Below, piece after piece: positions 41,745 to 50,215 of a stretch of 64,000 nt of DNA. Where the stretch lies: assembly GCA_050251945.1 (NCBI GenBank), contig JBFWLW010000005.1, positions 1 through 64,000 on the forward strand, read 5' to 3'. Position 1 is the stretch's first letter, and each line of letters opens with the position of its first letter. This DNA comes from Deferribacterales bacterium (GTDB lineage: Bacteria; Chrysiogenota; Deferribacteres; Deferribacterales; Geovibrionaceae). A program made the translations under genes and the position numbers. The notes under the pieces are model-generated. The model was given only the letters and a program-made list of their open reading frames with translations, did no database searches and was not told the origin of the DNA.

Positions 41745-42662
41745 ATGAATAAACTTTATGTAGCTCTGAATCTGATAAGACTTCTCAACGAGAACAGAAC
41801 TGTGACATCCGTTCTGGTGGCGGAGGATATGGGTATCAGCCTGCGCACGGCACAGCGGTACCTGTTGGAAATGAGCCACCTGCCGGGGGTCTGCTATGAC
41901 GATTCCCGCCACTGCTGGTATATGACGGAGAAATACGGACTTTCCGAAAGCTATCTGAAACAGGATGAACTTGCCGTTCTGTCGGGGCTTTTCGATTATG
42001 CCGAGAACATTCTGAACAACGATTTTTCGCCGGTTCTGCGGAAGATAAAAAAGAAAGTAATCTCCGCATCAAACAGGGAGAGGGTCGTTCGTTTTCTGAA
42101 ACAGGATTCAATAGAATTCGAGAAGATAGCCGATATTTTCGCTGAAATTGAAGTTTTTATCATGAACCGTCAGGAGATATCTTTTCTGTACAGCAAAAAC
42201 GGCAAAAGCTACACGATACAGCCCTACAGGATAATTTACGGCGACGGGTTCTGGTATCTGGCGGGTGGAAAGGGCGGCGAACTGCGCAAATTCAGCCTCG
42301 ACCTGATAACTGAAATCAAACCAACCGGAAAACTTTACGACAAGGTGCCGGAAGGACTGGACACCGCCATTGACGAGGCTAAGAGCATCTTTTTCGATTC
42401 GGGTCAGAAAGTTACCGTTGAGTGCGTGATGAACCATCCTATGTCCGATTACCTGCGGCGTAAGCGTTTCTTCCCTCATCAGCAGATACTGGAGGAGAAT
42501 GACGATATGAGTTTGCGTTTCAGTTTTAAGGTTGCCTCTCCGCTGGAATGTACAAAACTGTGCCTCGACTGGCTCCCGCACATCAAGGTATTATCACCGG
42601 ATTCAATGCGCGATTATCTGATCGGAGTTTTGAAAGATTCTCTTGATTCTTATCATCTCTGA
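41745..42662 (+). CDS. HTH-WYL-WCX transcriptional regulator
   Basis: wHTH AEDMGISLRTAQRYL; QPYRIIYGDGFWYLAG...RKFSLDLI; WCX-like IKVLSPDSMR. Confidence 0.9.
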   Translation: MNKLYVALNLIRLLNENRTVTSVLVAEDMGISLRTAQRYLLEMSHLPGVCYDDSRHCWYMTEKYGLSESYLKQDELAVLSGLFDYAENILNNDFSPVLRKIKKKVISASNRERVVRFLKQDSIEFEKIADIFAEIEVFIMNRQEISFLYSKNGKSYTIQPYRIIYGDGFWYLAGGKGGELRKFSLDLITEIKPTGKLYDKVPEGLDTAIDEAKSIFFDSGQKVTVECVMNHPMSDYLRRKRFFPHQQILEENDDMSLRFSFKVASPLECTKLCLDWLPHIKVLSPDSMRDYLIGVLKDSLDSYHL

Positions 42663-43036
42663 CAGCGCAAAATTTTATATTTGATTTTTGTCTGTGTAGC
42701 CGAAACCCTCTCCCAGTCAGTAAAGTTTATCTTAAGCACTGTAATTTCTCAAGACAATCATAATAATAAATAAAAAAAATTAAGATTTTTTCTCTGTTTA
42801 TTCAGTAAGCCATTGTTCAATATTAAACTGTGGTTTTATACGATAAAATTTACCTTATTATCAGTTTATTAGTTTAACAATAAATTCAAAAACAATCGGT
42901 TCTCTCATTGTTAAAAAGCGTTATTATCAAACAGTAGTTATAGGATTTAAAGAGTCTTTTAATCTTGACGCGTGTATTTTGAGTGGTACTCTTGGGGCAT
43001 GTATTTCATGTTAATTTTGTTAACGGAGGTTTTTTA

Positions 43037-44350
43037 ATGGATGCAATAGCTCTGTCAAGACTTCAGTTTGCACTTACGGCAGGTTTCCACTGGATTTTCG
43101 TCCCTCTTACTCTGGGACTGATAATTCTTACTGCCTTTATGGAAACAATGTATGTGCGGACCGGAAACACACTTTATCTCAGAATGACTAAATTCTGGGG
43201 AAAATTGTTTCTCATCAACTTCGCAATAGGAGTTGTGACCGGTATAACCATGGAATTCCAGTTCGGAATGAACTGGGCGGAATACTCGAAATATGTGGGC
43301 GACATATTCGGGGCGCCACTGGCAATTGAGGCGACTGTGGCATTTTTTCTTGAGTCCACTTTTCTTGGAATCTGGATTTTCGGGTGGAAAAAGATAAGCA
43401 AAAAAGCTCACCTTTTTGCAGTCTGGATGGTGGCTCTCGGTTCAAACCTTTCTGCGCTGTGGATTCTCATAGCGAATGCATGGATGCAGCATCCTGTGGG
43501 GTATGTTCTTAATAACGGCAGGGCGGAGATGGTTGATTTCGGGGCGCTCATCTTCTCATCATCAGCGTGGGTGAAATTCTTCCATTCAATCTCTTCCGGC
43601 TGGGTTGTGGCGGCATTTTTCGTTATGGGAGTGTCCGCGTATCATATACTTAGAAAGAACGAAGTCGAATTCTTTAAAAAGAGTCTTAAATTCGGAGCTG
43701 TATTCGGGCTTGCGGCAACAATTTTCCTTGCTGTGCTGGGCGACAGTAGCGGTATCGACGTTGCGAAACACCAGCCTTCAAAATTTGCCGCAATGGAATC
43801 ACTCTGGGAAACACAGAACGGTGCACCCTCGTATCTGTTTGCTGTTCCGGACAGCGCAAACGAGAGAAACTCAGTGGAGTTCATCCCTGTTCCGAAAATG
43901 GCAAGCTTTCTTGCGTTTCATGATGTTAACGCAGAGGTTAAAGGTCTGAAAGAGTATTCTTCCGATCTCAGACCGCCGGTTGGGCTGACATTCTTCAGTT
44001 TCCGTTTTATGATCTATCTTGGCGTAATTTTCATAGTTTTGTCCTGCATGGCTCTTTACTACTCGAAAAAGGACACTATTGAGAACAAAACACTGCTTTT
44101 GAAAATACTGCTTTATTCCATTCCGCTGCCGTATATTGCCGGACAGCTTGGCTGGATTGTTGCAGAGGTCGGCAGGCAGCCATGGATAGTATACGGGCTT
44201 ATGAAAACGTCTGACGCGGTGTCCGTAAACCTTACACCCGCTCACGTTATCCTTTCCCTTGTGGGATTCGTTGGTTTTTACACACTGCTTGGCATAATAG
44301 ATATTTTCCTGCTGGTGAAATATTCTAAAAAAGGACCCGAAAGGGCATAG
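43037..44350 (+). CDS. cydA: Cytochrome bd oxidase subunit I
   Basis: RLQFA...FHWIF, EFQFG, KFAAME, GRQPW. Confidence 0.96.
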   Translation: MDAIALSRLQFALTAGFHWIFVPLTLGLIILTAFMETMYVRTGNTLYLRMTKFWGKLFLINFAIGVVTGITMEFQFGMNWAEYSKYVGDIFGAPLAIEATVAFFLESTFLGIWIFGWKKISKKAHLFAVWMVALGSNLSALWILIANAWMQHPVGYVLNNGRAEMVDFGALIFSSSAWVKFFHSISSGWVVAAFFVMGVSAYHILRKNEVEFFKKSLKFGAVFGLAATIFLAVLGDSSGIDVAKHQPSKFAAMESLWETQNGAPSYLFAVPDSANERNSVEFIPVPKMASFLAFHDVNAEVKGLKEYSSDLRPPVGLTFFSFRFMIYLGVIFIVLSCMALYYSKKDTIENKTLLLKILLYSIPLPYIAGQLGWIVAEVGRQPWIVYGLMKTSDAVSVNLTPAHVILSLVGFVGFYTLLGIIDIFLLVKYSKKGPERA

Positions 44351-44360
44351 GGAGGCGAAA

Positions 44361-45401
44361 ATGGGACTTGAAACATTACAAATTATCTGGTTCGCCCTCT
44401 GGGGACTGCTCTGGGCTGTATATTTTATGCTGGACGGTTTTGATTTCGGTGCGGGCTATTTGATGCCGTTCCTTGCGAAATCCGATACGGATAAGCGCAT
44501 TATAATAAACACACTGGGACCTGTATGGGACGGTAACGAGGTCTGGCTTATCACTGCCGGCGGCGCGACTTTTGCGGCGTTTCCCACTACATATGCATAT
44601 ATGTTCAGCTGGCTTTATCTGCCGCTTCTGCTCATACTTTTCTGTCTGATTTTCAGAGGGGTCGCCTTTGAGTTCAGAGGTAAAAAGGATTCTTACGGCT
44701 GGCAGAACGGATGGGACAAAGTTATTGCAGTGAGCAGTTTCCTTGCCGCGTTTCTGTTCGGTGTTGCGTTTGGCAATATTTTCAGAGGCATACCCATCAA
44801 TATGGTTGACGGACAGTTTGTTTATGAAGGTAACTTTTTCCTTCTGCTGAATCCATACGCCATTCTTACTGGAATACTTTTCGTCCTTGTTTTTGCTTAT
44901 CACGGAGCTCTGTGGCTTAACTGCAAAACGGAAGGGGAGCTTTCTGTGCGTGCGGCTAAAATGGCGAAAAAACTGTTCATTCCCCTTGTTGTTGTGGCAG
45001 TTCTCTTCCTTGCAATGACATATTTTTCAACGCATCTGTATGATAACTTCTTTAAAATGCCTGCATTTTTTGCCGTTATCTTTCTTTGCGTCGTTTCTCT
45101 GCTGGTTTCCGGTCTATTTAAAGGCGTTAAGGCGTTCGCGCTTTCATGTCTTGTGATCGTGCTTACGGTTTTTACGGGTATTATAGGGCTTTTCCCAAGT
45201 CTGATACCTTCAAGCATATCACCGGAATTTTCCCTCACTGCCTTCAATACTTCGTCCAGCCTCTACACGCTTAAAATAATGACAATCGTTGTTGCCATGT
45301 TTGTGCCTGTGGTGCTGGTATATCAGATATGGTCGTATTATATCTTCAGACACCCCGTAAAACCTGAAGATATAGCCGATCCCGACGTTGAGACCTACTG
45401 A
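44361..45401 (+). CDS. cydB: Cytochrome bd oxidase subunit II
   Basis: DGFDFG, PVWDGNEVW, RGVAFEFR. Confidence 0.96.
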   Translation: MGLETLQIIWFALWGLLWAVYFMLDGFDFGAGYLMPFLAKSDTDKRIIINTLGPVWDGNEVWLITAGGATFAAFPTTYAYMFSWLYLPLLLILFCLIFRGVAFEFRGKKDSYGWQNGWDKVIAVSSFLAAFLFGVAFGNIFRGIPINMVDGQFVYEGNFFLLLNPYAILTGILFVLVFAYHGALWLNCKTEGELSVRAAKMAKKLFIPLVVVAVLFLAMTYFSTHLYDNFFKMPAFFAVIFLCVVSLLVSGLFKGVKAFALSCLVIVLTVFTGIIGLFPSLIPSSISPEFSLTAFNTSSSLYTLKIMTIVVAMFVPVVLVYQIWSYYIFRHPVKPEDIADPDVETY

Positions 45402-45409
45402 TTTGGATT

Positions 45410-45431
45410 GGGGGAGGTTTTGCCTCCCCCT
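45410..45431 (+). terminator. Terminator hairpin after cydB
   Basis: gggggagg-loop-cctccccc. Confidence 0.6.
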
Positions 45432-45480
45432 AAAATTTTATCGGTTGACTAATCTGACGTGACGGTACTACTATAGCCCC

Positions 45481-46299
45481 ATGACAGTCATTCTGCTGCT
45501 TATCGTGGGTTTTGTTACAGGTATAATAGGGGCGCTTCTGGGTATAGGCGGCGGTTCCATCATCGTTCCCGTTCTGGTTCTTTTTTTCAATGTCCCTATG
45601 CATTACGCTGTTGCGGCAGGGCTTATGACCATTGTCTCAACCAGCACTTCCGTTGTTCCTGTCAACATTATGAAGGGATTTGTAAACCTGCGTTTCAGCA
45701 TCTTTCTTGAGACTCTCACAGTGCTTGCGGCTTTTGTCGGCGGGCTTATCGGCAACCATACGCCGGAACATCTGCTTGAAATCAGCTTTGGCGTGATACT
45801 CTTTCTCATTGCGCTTCTTTATGTCCGCGAGAGTTTTAAAAAATCCAATTCCATAACATATGAAACATCATACACCAACCGCTTTTCCGACTCTTATTAC
45901 GATACTGAGAGGGGCGAAAATATAAAATATACCCCTGTGAAACTGCCTGTTGTTGCGCTTGTTTCCTCGTTTGCCGGTTTTGCATCCGGCTCGTTGGGAA
46001 TCGGCGGCGGAGTTATTAAGGTTCCCGTTATGAACCTCGTTTCCAGACTGCCTATAAAAGTGTCCATCGCCACCAGCAACTATATGATCGGGCTGACGGC
46101 GGCTGCCGGAAGCATCCCGTATCTGATATACGGCAAATCATCCCCCGTTACATCCATTACGATGGTTCTGGGGGTAATTTTCGGTTCAAGGCTTGGCGCG
46201 TCAAAGTTTCAGAAGGTAACTGACAAAAGGCTCAGAATAATGTTTGCTGCTGTGCTTGCGATAATCGCAGTGCAGATGTTCTATAAGGGGATACAATGA
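45481..46299 (+). CDS. TauE/SafE sulfite exporter family protein
   Basis: Two GIGGG...VP motifs, ATSNYMIG, multi-TM. Confidence 0.88.
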   Translation: MTVILLLIVGFVTGIIGALLGIGGGSIIVPVLVLFFNVPMHYAVAAGLMTIVSTSTSVVPVNIMKGFVNLRFSIFLETLTVLAAFVGGLIGNHTPEHLLEISFGVILFLIALLYVRESFKKSNSITYETSYTNRFSDSYYDTERGENIKYTPVKLPVVALVSSFAGFASGSLGIGGGVIKVPVMNLVSRLPIKVSIATSNYMIGLTAAAGSIPYLIYGKSSPVTSITMVLGVIFGSRLGASKFQKVTDKRLRIMFAAVLAIIAVQMFYKGIQ

Positions 46300-46598
46300 C
46301 GGACGAAGTCCTTAAACGGCGCATAGCAAAGATATATTCGTTCACCACAAAATCCAGCGTTATTCTTGCGTCCGCAGTTATCATCCTTTCGCTGGTCACT
46401 AAATATGTTTTTAAAACCGACGTTCCGCTTGACCACTACACAGCGCTGTTCACCGTATTTTTTCTCATAGCCACACCGTTCACGGGTATTCTCATCGCAT
46501 TCCTGTTCTATCTCAGTGAGAAAAACAGAGCCATGACACTCTATTCAATTGCCATCATCTTTGTTCTCATCATCAGCATAGTTCTCAAAATGTCCTGA
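46296..46598 (+). CDS. Small 3-TM partner of TauE (DUF1634-like)
   Basis: LIATPF motif; overlaps the TauE stop. Confidence 0.6.
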   Translation: MTDEVLKRRIAKIYSFTTKSSVILASAVIILSLVTKYVFKTDVPLDHYTALFTVFFLIATPFTGILIAFLFYLSEKNRAMTLYSIAIIFVLIISIVLKMS

Positions 46599-46640
46599 TA
46601 CCAACCATTACCGTGTTTATCGGAAAAAAATATTGCGAAA

Positions 46641-46654
46641 TTACTAATTAGTAA
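46641..46654. promoter_or_regulatory. Candidate MarR operator
   Basis: Perfect palindrome TTACTAATTAGTAA upstream of marR-like gene. Confidence 0.6.
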
Positions 46655-46680
46655 TATATTCATTCTCATAGGAGAGAAAA

Positions 46681-47139
46681 ATGAGAATGAAACACACATA
46701 CGGAGCAAAAGCTGATAGAGCGATGCGCACATGGATAGACATTGCCAGAGCTTTCACCGTCGTGCGCGCGAAAGAGAACTCTTTCATAGAGGCGAACGGG
46801 CTGACCATTCAGCAGTTCGGTGTTTTAGAGGCGCTTTATCACATGGGCGGGCTAACCGTGGGCGAACTGACCAAACTGGTACTCAGCACACCGGGCAACA
46901 TGACCGTAGTGCTTAAAAATCTTAAACAAAAAGGACTTATTGATACAAGACATCCCGATACCGACAGGCGTGTGACCGTTGCGGCGATAACAGATGCGGG
47001 CAGCGCAGTCATGTCGAAAATATTTCCCGTTCATGCGAAGAACATGGAGGGATATTTCGAGTGCCTGCCGGACGAGGAACAGGAAACGCTTTCCGCCATC
47101 TTAAGGAAACTGAGGAAAGCAAACAGGAAAGGAGACTGA
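46681..47139 (+). CDS. MarR family regulator (MhqR-like)
   Basis: QFGVLEALYH, GNMTVV, DRRV. Confidence 0.88.
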   Translation: MRMKHTYGAKADRAMRTWIDIARAFTVVRAKENSFIEANGLTIQQFGVLEALYHMGGLTVGELTKLVLSTPGNMTVVLKNLKQKGLIDTRHPDTDRRVTVAAITDAGSAVMSKIFPVHAKNMEGYFECLPDEEQETLSAILRKLRKANRKGD

Positions 47140-47140
47140 T

Positions 47141-47851
47141 ATGTCAATGAAGATATTTAGAGCGAAGGACAGAGGGCATGCGGATCACGGATGGCTGAAA
47201 TCCGCTTTCAGCTACAGTTTTGCGGAATATTTCGACCCATCCAGAATGGGATTCGGTGTTCTGCGGGTTGTTAACGACGATATCATCGAACCGGCCATGG
47301 GTTTTCCCATGCACCCGCACAATAATATGGAGATAGTCACAATCGTGACGGAAGGAGCAGTTGCGCATAAAGACACGATGGGCAACGGAACAGTTATAAA
47401 AGCTGGCGAAGTGCAGAGGATGAGTGCCGGGAAAGGGCTTATGCATTCGGAATATAACCCTTCCGTAACTGAAACGCTGAAACTGTTCCAGATATGGATA
47501 CGCACGCGCGACAAGGATATCGAGCCGGAGTATGATCAGCGCAATTTCGACCTTGAAAGCGAACGCGGAAAGCTTGTGACGCTGGTTTCAGGCGATGCGG
47601 CGGACGGGGGGCTTGTGTTCCGTCAGGACGCATGGGTACACAGAGGTTTGTTCAGTAAAGGTCAGGAGTTTGAATACAGTCTGCGCGGGAAAGGCAACGG
47701 AGTGTTCCTGATGCCTGTGGAAGGTGTTGTCACCATCGCAGGCGAAACGCTTAACAGGCGGGACGAGGCAACATTTACAGCTTATGACACCGTTAAGTTC
47801 AAGGCGGAAACAGATGCGGATGTCATTTTGATGGAAATACCGGATAAATAA
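47141..47851 (+). CDS. Pirin family protein (YhhW-like)
   Basis: RGHADHGWL, GFPMHPH..MEI, MSAGKG..HSE, FQIW. Confidence 0.92.
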   Translation: MSMKIFRAKDRGHADHGWLKSAFSYSFAEYFDPSRMGFGVLRVVNDDIIEPAMGFPMHPHNNMEIVTIVTEGAVAHKDTMGNGTVIKAGEVQRMSAGKGLMHSEYNPSVTETLKLFQIWIRTRDKDIEPEYDQRNFDLESERGKLVTLVSGDAADGGLVFRQDAWVHRGLFSKGQEFEYSLRGKGNGVFLMPVEGVVTIAGETLNRRDEATFTAYDTVKFKAETDADVILMEIPDK

Positions 47852-47854
47852 TCT

Positions 47855-48040
47855 GAGACGGCTCTTTCGAGCCGTCTCAGGTTGTTGACAAACTACAGAT
47901 TCATACAAAACCATTAGACTGCTTCGGGCTAAAGCCCTCGCAGAGACAGGTTTTTCTTTCCGTCTTTGCGAGCGAAGCGAAGCAATCTAGTCTTTTCTCC
48001 TCTTTGTCATCAGTCTGAGACGGCTCGGAAGAGCCGTCTC
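47855..48040. mobile_element. Second MITE-like element flanked by duplicated terminator hairpins
   Basis: Ends caggttgttgacaaa (47878) and tttgtcatcagtctg (48017); gagacggctc-N4-gagccgtctc on both sides; internal REP doublet at 47916-47988. Confidence 0.72.
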
Positions 48041-48041
48041 T

Positions 48042-49853
48042 CTATATATCCATGGCTGCCGGCGGTAGAAACTGTCTGGCATATTTTATATGGACGCCGG
48101 ATTCCAGCAGCAGGTGGTAAAGGTTTTCGTCGATATGACCGTCGCGCACCATAAATCCCATTATCTCAATAGCCCGGCTCAATGTTCCGGGACCTTTGTA
48201 TGGTCTGTCCTCCGCAGTGAGTGCCTCGAAAATATCCGCGATTGCGATTATCCTTGCTTTCATAGGGATTTCGTCTCCCTTCATGTGATACGGATATCCG
48301 GTTCCGTTGAGCTTTTCGTGGTGCAGTCCTGCTATGTTTATGACATCGGACATGTTTTCCGGAAATTTTATTTCACGCAGCATCATGACGGTTTTAACGA
48401 CGTGATCCTCGATAATCTGTCTTTCAGCGGCGGTAAGGGTGCCTCTGGCTATGGAGAGTTTTTCCATTTCATCGGCGTTCAGCAGGGGCATACTGCTTCT
48501 GTCTGCAAGTTTCACCTGAATACTGCTCAAATCCGACAGCCAGACTTTTACGCTTGCGTCAAGATACTCGCCGCCCTTGTTCAGGTTTTCCATTGTTTTC
48601 ATATGTTGTGCTGCTTTTTCAAGCTGCGCGGACAGTTCCCTTGTGTCTTTAAGCTCGCCCTTCTGCTGTCTGTACTCTTCCAGAATAAGGTTGAGTTTAT
48701 ACAGCTCCATTTTCAGCCGGATAATCTCGATGCCGTTTATAATACCTTCCAGTTTAAGAGATTTATCCATTACCCATTCCGGTGTGCTGATCTTTCCGCA
48801 GTCGTGCAGAAGCGCCGCGACCCTAAGTTCGTTTATCTCGTCTTCTGTTACATTGAAACCGGCAAAGACACCTTTCTGCGTTTGGTTGGCTGCGCGTAAA
48901 AGCTCACTGGCTATCCATGGGACGCGTTTACAGTGTCCTGCCGTGTATGGCGATTTTGCGTCAATGGCTGTTGCAATGGCATTCAGAAACGAGTCGAAAA
49001 GCATCTTTTGCTCGTCAAACATTATAGCGTTGTGCAGCGCGGTTGCCGCTGTTGGGCTGATGATTTCCATCCTCTTTTTATCTGACGACAAATAGAAATC
49101 ACCATCAGGCGCGGCTGTCAGCATATACCCCATATAGGATGTGCCGTCTGTGAGCGGAACTATCATAACAGATTTGTAATAATAGTTTTTTCCGCCTGAT
49201 GATATGAACAGTCCGAAATCGTTGACAATCTGCACCTTTTCCATGTTCGCGAAGATCATGCATGTGCCGGACTCTATGAAGGAACTGAAAATTCTGTCGG
49301 AATCCTCTCCTCTGCCGGCAAGAAGGCTGTATGTTCCGGTGTTCTTGTCAAATCCAAGGACGGCGCCTACTTTTCCGCCCTCGTATGAAAGCCCTGTTTC
49401 GTCAAGCAGGACGGAACCTATACCGGACGGTTTCAGTTCGCGGTTCAGCCTGTCTGCTGTGCGCTGGAGCATGGCAAGCTCTCTGTATGCGGAAAGGGTC
49501 TCTGTGGAGACTGCCCTTCGCGCGTGTTCGCTTTCAATCATTGAACTGAGTGAGCAGACGAGCGCGTCAGCCATATTTTCGCACAGAGCGTCACTTTCTC
49601 TTCCGGAATAAACAAAGAGAGTGCCCAGGCGGTCTCTGTTTATCTCTAAAGGGCGCGTGACCGAAAATTCCATTTCGGGGTTTTCCGGATACTGGCAGAG
49701 TATGCTGCCTGCGGAACTTATGCGAAACCCCAGAACGTTTCCCGTCGCCTTAGAAAAAGAGCAGAGCATTGATTTTGCCTGCTGAGAGCGCAGAAGTTTC
49801 TTCAGCAGGTTAAAGTCGTCAGGCGAGCCCAAGGAGTTTTCCCGCGAGTTCAA
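48042..49853 (-). CDS. GAF + HD-GYP cyclic-dinucleotide phosphodiesterase
   Basis: SPYTAGHC, LHDCGK, HHEKLNGTGYP, ADIFEALT..RPYK; start uncertain. Confidence 0.88.
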   Translation of the reverse strand: MNSRENSLGSPDDFNLLKKLLRSQQAKSMLCSFSKATGNVLGFRISSAGSILCQYPENPEMEFSVTRPLEINRDRLGTLFVYSGRESDALCENMADALVCSLSSMIESEHARRAVSTETLSAYRELAMLQRTADRLNRELKPSGIGSVLLDETGLSYEGGKVGAVLGFDKNTGTYSLLAGRGEDSDRIFSSFIESGTCMIFANMEKVQIVNDFGLFISSGGKNYYYKSVMIVPLTDGTSYMGYMLTAAPDGDFYLSSDKKRMEIISPTAATALHNAIMFDEQKMLFDSFLNAIATAIDAKSPYTAGHCKRVPWIASELLRAANQTQKGVFAGFNVTEDEINELRVAALLHDCGKISTPEWVMDKSLKLEGIINGIEIIRLKMELYKLNLILEEYRQQKGELKDTRELSAQLEKAAQHMKTMENLNKGGEYLDASVKVWLSDLSSIQVKLADRSSMPLLNADEMEKLSIARGTLTAAERQIIEDHVVKTVMMLREIKFPENMSDVINIAGLHHEKLNGTGYPYHMKGDEIPMKARIIAIADIFEALTAEDRPYKGPGTLSRAIEIMGFMVRDGHIDENLYHLLLESGVHIKYARQFLPPAAMDI

Positions 49854-50205
49854 GAACCTCGTCAGGGTCGAACGGTTTGGTCATAAAGTAGTCCGCGCCG
49901 TTGCCGACACCCTTTTCCCTGTCTGTTTCCTGTCCCTTCGCAGTGAGCATTATTATCAGCGTTTGCTGAAGCTCGCTGTCGGATTTCACAGCTTTACAGA
50001 CTTCGTATCCGTTCATTTCGGGCATCATAACATCGAGAAATACAAGATCCGGGCGTACAGAGGCGATCATGTTCAGTCCGTTTCTCCCGTCGGACGCCTG
50101 ATGAATTTCAACCTCGATGTTGTGGAGAAATTCAATGTCTTCAAGCGTTTGCTCAAGGAGTGAGCGGATGTGAACCTCATCGTCCACAATCAGAATACGT
50201 TTCAT
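49819..50205 (-). CDS. Single-domain response regulator
   Basis: IVDDE, FLDVMMP, LTAKG, TKPF. Confidence 0.9.
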   Translation of the reverse strand: MKRILIVDDEVHIRSLLEQTLEDIEFLHNIEVEIHQASDGRNGLNMIASVRPDLVFLDVMMPEMNGYEVCKAVKSDSELQQTLIIMLTAKGQETDREKGVGNGADYFMTKPFDPDEVLELAGKLLGLA

Positions 50206-50215
50206 TTTCTAAACC

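Noticed and set aside
41450..41746. 98-aa repetitive ORF (and 41082..41267) within the array
   Set aside because: By-products of an 83-84 bp period; the frame shifts between units and there is no RBS
41745..42662. WYL gene as marker of a phage-defence island
   Set aside because: Neighbours are def and cydAB; no defence, integrase or restriction genes in the window
42663..43036. ncRNA or riboswitch in the AT-rich region upstream of cydA
   Set aside because: No recognisable structure; consistent with a promoter region (TTGACG at 42965, TACTCT at 42987)
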